Below are positions 8,150 to 15,729 of a stretch of 64,000 bases of DNA, one piece after another; the stretch's first letter is position 1; every line of letters begins with the position of its first letter. Position numbers and translations under genes: made by a program. Under the pieces are notes generated by a model, which saw nothing but the letters and a program-made list of their open reading frames with translations, did no database searches and was not told the origin of the DNA. Source of the stretch: Candidatus Sericytochromatia bacterium (GTDB taxonomy: Bacteria > Cyanobacteriota > Sericytochromatia > S15B-MN24 > JAQBPE01); assembly GCA_035285125.1 (NCBI GenBank), contig JAYKHR010000011.1:1-64000 (forward strand), given 5' to 3'.

Positions 8150-10111
8150 CTAAATGTTGATGCGGGAGCGGATCGTGGCGGGGTCGAAGCCGATGGCCCG
8201 GAACGCGGGCTCGTGCTGCCGCAGCAGCTCGACGAGCCGAGGCGGGATGTCGCGGTCCTCGTTGCGCAGGATGTAGCCGTAGCCCGTGAGCTGCAGGAAC
8301 ATCGAGAGAAACAGCTGGTCCGTCGCCTCTGCGGGCGTCTGCGCGAGGGCGGCGTCCGCCTCGTCGCCCCACCCGCTGCCCCGCAGGCTCAGGGCCGCAT
8401 AGCGAAGCTCGCCGCCGTCGTCGTGCTGCCGGTCGTTGGCCCAGGCGTGGTAGAAGGTCGCGTGGTAGATGACGTAGCGGCACACCTGCGCGAGGGCCGC
8501 CCAGTCGGCCTCGGAGGGCGCGTCGCTGGCGGTGAATGGCCGCACGGCCTGGGTCACGCCGTCGCGGGTGGGGCGCGGCGCGGCCTGGTCCCCGAGCTCG
8601 CCCGCGTCGAGCACCTCGTCGTCGGGGCCGAGCGCCGGCGGCACGTGCGGCACCGCGTGCGCCACGAGCTCGTCCGACATCAGGCGCAGCTCCACCCAGT
8701 GCGCGGCTATGGCCTCGCGGTGGGCGGCGAGGAACTCGTCGACGTGCTGCGTCACGACCTCCCAGAACAGCGTCGCTGCGTGCCCGAAGGTGTGGCCGGG
8801 CACCAGCGGCCGCCGGGGCCGCCAGCCCCGCCAGTCGCAGCGCCCCAGCGCCTCGACGAACAGCCCGTCGATGGCCCCCGAGGTCAGCGCCGAGGCCGTG
8901 GTGACGTAGCCGCGCTCGCCGAAGATCAGGTCCGTGCCCCCGTGGTTGATCAGCACGACCTCGCGCAGGTGGGGGAACAGCAGGTCCCGCACGGGGTTGC
9001 GGCGCAGGTTGCGGTAGGCGGCGACGGCGTACTGCTCCATGTTCAGGTGCGAGACCGAGAGGTGCGCCACGATCTGCCCGTGCAGCGCCCAGGCGCAGCG
9101 GAACAGCCGCTTCGCCTGTTGCCACGCCTCGCCGTCGGCCGGCGTCACCTCCCGGGCGGGCTGCAGCGGGGCATGAGGGGCCGTCGCGCCGGGCTCGCGG
9201 CACTGGATGCGCAGCCGGACGGGCACGAGCGCGTCGCCCTCGCGCCGCAGGTGCAGCTCGGCGTTGGGCAGCACGTGCACGCCGTCCATCTCGCAGCGGT
9301 CCCAGTCGAAGGCCACGCGCCAGAGGCCGGGCTCGCGGCGGTCCGCGACGGGCAGGCAGGGGTTCAGGCCGTTCAGCACGCGGTCGACGAAGTACGCATC
9401 GCTGCGGGTGTGGCCGGGGCGCTCGCGCTCCAGGCGCTGCGTGAGGTTCTCGGGGTAGTCGGCCTGGATGGTGGCCAGAGCCGGCCGCATGGGGGAGAGC
9501 CGGTGCTCCACCAGGTGGCGCGTCCGCGTCAGGCCGAGCTCCGCCACCGTGCGGACGAGGGCCGTCTTGCGGCCCCGGGCGTAGTCCTGTGGGGGCTCGG
9601 CGCCCGGCGGGATGAGCACGCGGGGGAGCGGCCCGGCGTAGCAGTACGGCCAGAAGGGCACCTCGAGGTCCCCGAGGTCGAGCGCCTCGGGCGGGTCGAC
9701 GAAGGTCTCGGCGTGCACGGTGTGGGGCGTGGCCTCGGGCTCGCCATGCGGGCCATAGGCCCGGTGCTGCTCCACCACGCGCAACTCCAGCCGGTGGTGG
9801 GGGTGGGCGGGCGCCGCGTAGGTGAGGGCGAAGGTGCCGTCGAGCGCCGTCGTTCCGGCAGCGAGGCGGGCGTGGCGGCCGAGCAGGCCGTGCTCCCAGA
9901 CCTCCACGTCGAAGTGGTGCAGCGGCCGCCGCGCGTGGCCTGGCTTCCAGTCCTGGAACAGCAGTCGCCCGCGCACGCGGTGGGTGCCCGGCCGGGGGGC
10001 ACCCTCGACGGCCGCGCCCCGCTCGGCCAGCCAGGCCGCGAGCGCCTCGCGCTCGGCGGGCGGGAGCCCCGCGATGGCCCGGCCCAGGGCCTCTGGCGAC
10101 GGGGCCGTCAC
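8150..10111 (-). CDS. lipoxygenase (LOX1) with N-terminal transthyretin/Ig-like beta domain
   Basis: SDAYF...LNGLNP, WQQAK, QIVAHLSVSHLNMEQ (HxxxxH), NPVRDLLFPHL, TFYHAWAN (HxxxN), and C-terminal SRINI with the terminal Ile ligand. Confidence 0.9.
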   Translation of the reverse strand: MTAPSPEALGRAIAGLPPAEREALAAWLAERGAAVEGAPRPGTHRVRGRLLFQDWKPGHARRPLHHFDVEVWEHGLLGRHARLAAGTTALDGTFALTYAAPAHPHHRLELRVVEQHRAYGPHGEPEATPHTVHAETFVDPPEALDLGDLEVPFWPYCYAGPLPRVLIPPGAEPPQDYARGRKTALVRTVAELGLTRTRHLVEHRLSPMRPALATIQADYPENLTQRLERERPGHTRSDAYFVDRVLNGLNPCLPVADRREPGLWRVAFDWDRCEMDGVHVLPNAELHLRREGDALVPVRLRIQCREPGATAPHAPLQPAREVTPADGEAWQQAKRLFRCAWALHGQIVAHLSVSHLNMEQYAVAAYRNLRRNPVRDLLFPHLREVVLINHGGTDLIFGERGYVTTASALTSGAIDGLFVEALGRCDWRGWRPRRPLVPGHTFGHAATLFWEVVTQHVDEFLAAHREAIAAHWVELRLMSDELVAHAVPHVPPALGPDDEVLDAGELGDQAAPRPTRDGVTQAVRPFTASDAPSEADWAALAQVCRYVIYHATFYHAWANDRQHDDGGELRYAALSLRGSGWGDEADAALAQTPAEATDQLFLSMFLQLTGYGYILRNEDRDIPPRLVELLRQHEPAFRAIGFDPATIRSRINI

Positions 10112-10851
10112 GCCGCGTCCTCGTGTCCGCCGCCGCCCATGAGGCGCCGCCAGAGCAAGCTGCTGCCGTTGTAGAAGTCAGGCACGACCCGGGCGAGGTG
10201 CAGCCCGCCGAGCGCCGCCAAGCCATGGTGGCCCACCGGCGCCCCGGCCCCCTCGACGGCGGCCGGCTCGACGGGCAGGGCGGCCTCGATGCCTGCCAGG
10301 GTCAGCATCGCCGTGGCCATGCCGAGCTGCACCACCGGGAGCTCCACGACGTGCGCCACCCGGCGCAGCCAGCGCGGCCCCACGTGGGCGTGCCCGAGGT
10401 GCTCCAGGCCCTCGTACACGGTGTGGGCCGAGCGCAGGGCGATGAGCAGCCCCGCGAGCGCCACGCCCCAGTGCCAGACGCTGTCATCGGGGCCGGGGGC
10501 CACGGCGAGCTGGTAGGCCTGCCCGAAGCCTGCGGCCATCAGCAGCCCGCCGACCACGGCCTCCGCCCTGGGGCTGCTCAGCCGCGCGCGCAGACGCTCC
10601 CACCGGCCCACCCCGCCAGGGGCCGCCAGGCTGCCGGCGAACGTCGCCTTCACGCCGATCTCGGCCAGCGCCCGCAGCACCACCACGCAGCCCAGCAGCG
10701 CCACGCCGTGGTGGGCGGCCAGCCTGATCTCGTGCCACTCGTGCGGCAGGGCCCACAGGGTGTGCAGGATGCCCGCCGTCGCCATCGCCAGCCCGAGCGC
10801 CAGCTCGGCCCAGGGCAGCCAGGACGCGCGGGGCGGGGCCTGCCCGATCAT
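10108..10851 (-). CDS. His-rich integral membrane protein with three helical-hairpin repeats
   Basis: About 6 TM segments with AHHGVALLG / WHWGVALAG / GHHGLAALG. Start and stop overlap both neighbours. Confidence 0.75.
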   Translation of the reverse strand: MIGQAPPRASWLPWAELALGLAMATAGILHTLWALPHEWHEIRLAAHHGVALLGCVVVLRALAEIGVKATFAGSLAAPGGVGRWERLRARLSSPRAEAVVGGLLMAAGFGQAYQLAVAPGPDDSVWHWGVALAGLLIALRSAHTVYEGLEHLGHAHVGPRWLRRVAHVVELPVVQLGMATAMLTLAGIEAALPVEPAAVEGAGAPVGHHGLAALGGLHLARVVPDFYNGSSLLWRRLMGGGGHEDAA

Positions 10852-11804
10852 CAGCCCACCTCGGCGGGGCTGCGGCTCGCGAGCCAGGACCGCGCCGAGC
10901 CCGCGCCGCTCGCGATCAGGCGCTCGATCACGTCCTTGGGGGCCTTGAAGTCGGTGGCGCGAACGCCGAGGTCGTCGATGAAGATCGTGCGCGGGATGTC
11001 CTCCGGGTGCAGGTGCTCCGCGTTGGCCGTCTCGGACAGGAAGCCCATCAGCGAGGTCGTGTAGGCGAGCAGGCTCTCGGTGTGCCCGGGCAAGGAGCTC
11101 CAGTCGCGCACGCCGGACTCGAACAGCGCCTTGGGCTCCAGCGAGAAGCCCAGCGTCTCGTCCGACCGCGGGTGCCCGCTGCGGGGGCCGGCGAGGTACA
11201 ACTCGGGGTGATCGAACAGGTCCACCGGGTAGTTCCACGACAGCCCGCCGTCCACGAAGACCTCCTCGCCCACCCGCACGGGCTCGAAGATGAACGGCAT
11301 GCTCATCGAGGCGCGGACAGCGAGCCAGATCGGCATCTCGGGGTGGTTGTCGGCGCAGAGCACCTGGGAGCGCTGCCGCGTGATGTTCGAGGAGACGATG
11401 TAGAGGTCGTGGAAGCGGCCCGGGTGGGCCTCGGCCTTCGCGCGCAGCTGCCCGAGCGTCGTGCCCCGATCGCCCGTGTAGCGCGCGACCTCGTCGCCGA
11501 GCAGCTCGGCGAAGTGCTGGCCGGGGGCGACGCCGTAGTGGTGCAGCAGCCGGTTGGCGTCCGCGAGCAGGTTCCAGCCGATGTCGAGGAACGAGCCGAA
11601 GTCCGTCTCGCGCACGGAGCGCATCAGGCCCTCGGGCCCCGCTCCGATCGCCAGCATCGTGGCGGTGATGGCGCCCGCCGAGGTGCCTGCCACGCGCTCC
11701 ACGCGGTCGAGCGCGCCTGCCCTGGCCAGCACGTCGATGGCGCCCGCGTAGGCCGAGCCCTTCACCCCACCGCCCTGGAACACCAGGTTTCGAATCGTCG
11801 CCAC
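10851..11804 (-). CDS. patatin-like phospholipase (ExoU/VipD-like subgroup)
   Basis: NLVFQGGGVKG, AGTSAGA, AVRASMSMP, FVDGG. GTG start at 11804 with GGAGGTG RBS. Confidence 0.93.
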   Translation of the reverse strand: MATIRNLVFQGGGVKGSAYAGAIDVLARAGALDRVERVAGTSAGAITATMLAIGAGPEGLMRSVRETDFGSFLDIGWNLLADANRLLHHYGVAPGQHFAELLGDEVARYTGDRGTTLGQLRAKAEAHPGRFHDLYIVSSNITRQRSQVLCADNHPEMPIWLAVRASMSMPFIFEPVRVGEEVFVDGGLSWNYPVDLFDHPELYLAGPRSGHPRSDETLGFSLEPKALFESGVRDWSSLPGHTESLLAYTTSLMGFLSETANAEHLHPEDIPRTIFIDDLGVRATDFKAPKDVIERLIASGAGSARSWLASRSPAEVG

Positions 11805-11934
11805 GCCGTCACCTCCGACCCTGCAACCGAACATACCCAGCCCGGGTATTATGCCACAGACCCCACACGGGTGCCCCCGGTGGCCAGGCCCTCGCGCCAG
11901 GCCGGGGCCCCGCCACGAAAGGAAACGGGATCCG

Positions 11935-14493
11935 ATGGCAGGTACGGTGGAGGCCGGCGCGACCCTCGCGCGGCAGGCGACGGGCACGGGCGCGGACGTC
12001 ACGGGCGTCGTGCGAGCCCCGATCGCGGAGGTCTGGGCCCGCTTCCAGGCCTTCGGGCCGGAGGTGATGGCCTGGTGGCCCATCTACGAGTCGATGGCGC
12101 TCGAGGCCCCGGGCCGCGACGAGGTGGGCTGCGTGCGGGCCTTCAAGACGAAGACCGGCCGCTCGTACCGCGAGCGCCTCACGGCCCGCGACGAGGCGAC
12201 GCACACGCTGACCTACGAGCTCCTCGAGGTCTCCCCCTCCGTGCCGACGCTGACGGGCATCGACACCGTCATCGAGATGCAGCCGAAGGGTGACGGCGAG
12301 ACCGTCGTGCACTGGCGCTCGTTCATCCGCGCGGGCGCGATTTTCCTCGGCAAGATCATCGCGACGCAGGAGGAGGTCTACCAGGCGGCGATCGCCTCGC
12401 TCGACCGCTCCTTCAACCCCAGCCTCGGCACGCTCGAGGTCAAGGTGATCGGGGCCTCGGGCCTGCCCAAGCACGGCCTGTTCAACCCCGATCCCTACGT
12501 GGTGGCGGACCTCGACGAGGTGGGCCCGCAGACGACGCGGTCCGTGCTGTTCACCACGCATCCCTCGTGGAACGAGACGCTGCGCTTCGACGTGCTGAAG
12601 GCTGACGGGCAACTGCGGCTGAGCGTCTGGGACGCCCGGGCGCTCGGCCTCGACGAGTTCCTCGGCGCCGTCACCGTGGACCTCCACGACCTGCGCAGCG
12701 GCGTCGAGGCGGTGCGGAAGCTGACGCTCACCGAGGGCAAGGGGGAGCTGGCCGTGGCCCTCACGCTGAAGCTCGACGCCGGCGAGGCGCTCGCCTACAC
12801 CGAGGCCACCGAGAAGCTGCACGAGTTCGAGCACCTGCTGCACGTGCTCGACGGCCTGAAGGGGCAGGCGATGGAGGTCGTCACCTCGCTGTCTCAGGGC
12901 GACCCGGCGCGCTACGGCTACGCCCGCTACCCGCGCGACCCCAACTTCCCCGACACGCCCTTTGAAGACCTGCCGAAGATGACGGCGGGCTACCCCGCCG
13001 GCCAGCTGCTCGCCCCCCGCAAGGTGGGCCGCGTGGCTCAGCGCCTCGCCGAGTATGCGTACTCACAGGCCCAGTTCCTCAACCGGCTCTCGGCGGAGGG
13101 CGCCGACCCCTGGCGCGCGATGTTCGGCGAGTGGGACGCGGCCCCAGAGGCCGTCATCTCGCAGTGGCAGTCCGACGTGGAGTTCTGCCGGCAGCTGCTG
13201 CAGGGCGTCAACCCGATGGTCATCACGCGCCTGCAGGACCCGGCGCGCATCCCGGCGGCCCTCGCGGGGCTCTCGGCGCAGGGGCTGACGGCCGCCGAGC
13301 TCGCGGCGGCGGGTCGGCTGTTCGTGCTCGACTACGACGAGCTGACGGCCATCCCGCAGTACCGCGACATGGTCTTCTACGCCCCGATCGCGCTGATCTA
13401 CCGCGAGGACCTGCCGGGCGGCGCTTCCCGCCTCAACATGCTGGGCTTCGTGCTCGAGCGGGAGGCCGGGGCCGAGGTCTTCGTGCCGGGCCAGACGCCG
13501 CCGAACCGCTACTTGCTCGCGCGGCTGCACCTGGCCTGCGCGGACAACCAGTACCACCAGTTCATCTTTCACCTCGGCTTCGCGCACCTCGCGATGGAGC
13601 CCTTCGCGATCGCCCAGCACAACTGCTTCCCGGCCGACCACCCGATCGGGCGGCTGATGGCGCCGCACTTCCGTGACACCATCGGCATCAACACGCTCGC
13701 CCGGCAGACGCTCGTCTCGCCCGTCGTGCCCTTCACGGACCGCACCTTCTCGCCCGGCACCTCCGGGGCGCTCAAGCTGTTCCTGGCGGCCTGGCGCAAG
13801 TGGGACTTCGCGGCCAACAGCTTCCCGGCGCACCTCGCGGCGCGGGGCTTCGACGAGCAGGGCTCCGACGGCGTGGTGGGCTACCACTACCGCGACGACG
13901 GCTACAAGATCTGGAACGCGCTGCTCGACTACACCCGCGAGGTGATCGACGCGGCCTACGCGGACGACGCCGCCGTGGCGGCAGACCCCGTGCTGCGCGG
14001 CTGGTGCGAGGAGCTGCGGGACCCCGAGCGTGGGGCCGTGGCGAGCTTCCCCGCGGCCATCCCCGACCGGGCCACGCTGGCGCGGGTGCTCACCACGATC
14101 ATCTTCAACGTGAGCGCCCAGCACTCCGCCGTGAACTTCCCGCAGTTCCACTACCTGTCGTACGTGCCGAACCGGCCGGACTCCATGTTCACGCGGATGC
14201 CGGCTGATCGCGGTGAGGTGGACGCGGAGGCCATCCGGGCGGCGCTGCCCAGCATGGTCATCGGCCAGTTCCAGGTCAGCTTCGCCTACTTGCTCACGAC
14301 GCCCTCCGAGCACGTGCTGTCGGATCTCGAGGGCAGCAAGGAGCTCTACCCGGCCATCCACGCCAAGTACGTGGCCCGCCTGCGGGCCATCTCCGAGGCG
14401 ATCCAGGCGCGCAACGCGGCCGTGGAGGCCGGCGGTGGTATGGGCTACCCATACCTCCAACCCGAGCGCATCGCCGCGTCGATCGACATCTGA
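11935..14493 (+). CDS. lipoxygenase (LOX2) fused to SRPBCC/polyketide-cyclase and C2 domains
   Basis: SRPBCC (APIAEVW...WWP...VGCVR...ERLTARD...LTYELL). C2 (GTLEVKVIGASGL...DPYV...HPSWNETLRF...SVWD...DEFLG). LOX (SDVEFCRQLLQGVNP, HQFIFHLGFAHLAMEP, HPIGRLMAPHF, YRDDG, SAQHSAVNFPQ, C-terminal ASIDI). Confidence 0.92.
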   Translation: MAGTVEAGATLARQATGTGADVTGVVRAPIAEVWARFQAFGPEVMAWWPIYESMALEAPGRDEVGCVRAFKTKTGRSYRERLTARDEATHTLTYELLEVSPSVPTLTGIDTVIEMQPKGDGETVVHWRSFIRAGAIFLGKIIATQEEVYQAAIASLDRSFNPSLGTLEVKVIGASGLPKHGLFNPDPYVVADLDEVGPQTTRSVLFTTHPSWNETLRFDVLKADGQLRLSVWDARALGLDEFLGAVTVDLHDLRSGVEAVRKLTLTEGKGELAVALTLKLDAGEALAYTEATEKLHEFEHLLHVLDGLKGQAMEVVTSLSQGDPARYGYARYPRDPNFPDTPFEDLPKMTAGYPAGQLLAPRKVGRVAQRLAEYAYSQAQFLNRLSAEGADPWRAMFGEWDAAPEAVISQWQSDVEFCRQLLQGVNPMVITRLQDPARIPAALAGLSAQGLTAAELAAAGRLFVLDYDELTAIPQYRDMVFYAPIALIYREDLPGGASRLNMLGFVLEREAGAEVFVPGQTPPNRYLLARLHLACADNQYHQFIFHLGFAHLAMEPFAIAQHNCFPADHPIGRLMAPHFRDTIGINTLARQTLVSPVVPFTDRTFSPGTSGALKLFLAAWRKWDFAANSFPAHLAARGFDEQGSDGVVGYHYRDDGYKIWNALLDYTREVIDAAYADDAAVAADPVLRGWCEELRDPERGAVASFPAAIPDRATLARVLTTIIFNVSAQHSAVNFPQFHYLSYVPNRPDSMFTRMPADRGEVDAEAIRAALPSMVIGQFQVSFAYLLTTPSEHVLSDLEGSKELYPAIHAKYVARLRAISEAIQARNAAVEAGGGMGYPYLQPERIAASIDI

Positions 14494-14512
14494 CATCCCC
14501 TGCCCGAGCAGG

Positions 14513-14540
14513 AGCCCCGGCCGCACAGGCGGCCGGGGCT
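14513..14540. terminator. hairpin downstream of LOX2
   Basis: Perfect 12-bp stem AGCCCCGGCCGC-ACAG-GCGGCCGGGGCT. Confidence 0.65.
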
Positions 14541-14669
14541 TCGCGCTTGTCGGCCGCCCCGGCTCAACCTGGACCGCCGCCCAGGCTCACGCTGAGGTCC
14601 CGGCTCAACCCGGCCAGAAGCTCAGGCCCACCGCAAGGCCCCGGCGCGCGCAGTCCCGCCGAGGAGGCC

Positions 14670-15422
14670 TCAGTGGGCGGCCCGGCGCCCGAGCTCCCGC
14701 AGGCCGTCGAGGATGACGCCACAGGCTGCCTCGCGGTTGGGGGCCTTCACGGCCTTCTCCAGCAGGGCGTGGCAGGCTTTGCGCAGCTCGCGGTCCTCGT
14801 AGCGTTCCTCGAGCACGCTCAGCACGGAGATGCCGACGCGGAAGCCCTGGTCGAAGCTCGTCGTGGCGTCCACCATCGCGGCTGCCAGGTTGAACAGGGG
14901 GCTGCCGGCCGTCAGGCTGGCCTCGGCGGAGGTGGCGCGCAGGAACTCCAGCACGGGCACCTGCACCAGGTAGCGCGTCTCGTGCGTCGGCGGCGTGCCC
15001 ATGTAGCCGTAGCCGCGCGCGGCGAGGCGGCCGAGCAGCACCGGCACGTTGCGCTTGCCGAAACCCGTCAGCTTGATGTCCGCGATCTGGTCCAGGGCCT
15101 TGTCCGTGACGGCGTAGCGCTGCGGGAAGGTCTCCTCGGCGCCGGCATCCGCCAGGGCGAGCGACGACAGGTGGCGCATCTTCAGCAGGTGCGCTGGCAC
15201 GCCCTGGGAGGGCGGCTCGCCGGGGTCCTTGGCGAGGGCGGCCACCTTGCGGGCCCCCGTCGACGGGAGGCGCTCGAAGGCCGCCAGGGCGCGGGTGCCG
15301 GCCGCCGTGACGGAGGCGCTGGCCGCCAGGGGCGTGGAGGCCGCGGCGCGCGGCGCCGTCGGGGTGGTGGCGCAGCCGGCCACGGTGAGGGCGAACGCCA
15401 GGAACGTCAGGGTCCGAAGCAC
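14670..15422 (-). CDS. hypothetical lipoprotein
   Basis: LTFLAFALTVAGC lipobox. GTG 15422 follows a GAGGTG RBS; the alternative start is ATG 15470. Confidence 0.65.
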   Translation of the reverse strand: MLRTLTFLAFALTVAGCATTPTAPRAAASTPLAASASVTAAGTRALAAFERLPSTGARKVAALAKDPGEPPSQGVPAHLLKMRHLSSLALADAGAEETFPQRYAVTDKALDQIADIKLTGFGKRNVPVLLGRLAARGYGYMGTPPTHETRYLVQVPVLEFLRATSAEASLTAGSPLFNLAAAMVDATTSFDQGFRVGISVLSVLEERYEDRELRKACHALLEKAVKAPNREAACGVILDGLRELGRRAAH

Positions 15423-15729
15423 GGGGCACCTCGCGCGGACGGCGCGGCCAGAAGAGGGCACACGATCCATTCAACGCGGTCTAATTTAACTTGTCAATAA
15501 CCTTTTTAACAGACTCTTTATATTTCCGGCTTGGCAACCTATGCCGCAAGGGGACTCCGGGTAAGGCTTTCGGAGTGACAAGAGGGGGGCGAACGCCAGG
15601 GGGGGCGTCGTCCCTGGCGCAAGGCTGCCGGGCCGAGGTTGCCCCCCTCCCGGGGGCGGCGGCGTTCCGCGGCTGCGGGGCAGAGGCCCGTGGTACGCTG
15701 GCCGCTGCAGGCGGGCGAGAGGAGCGGCG

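Noticed and set aside
7566..10226. Long ORFs of 886 aa (-) and 864 aa (+) over the LOX1 region
   Set aside because: Shadow frames typical of high-GC DNA (Arg/Pro/Gly-rich, no motifs) that overlap genes with clear motifs.
10851..11804. Patatin as a CBASS CapV effector
   Set aside because: No CD-NTase or Cap2/Cap3 genes nearby; the context is lipoxygenases. A defence role remains only a hypothesis.
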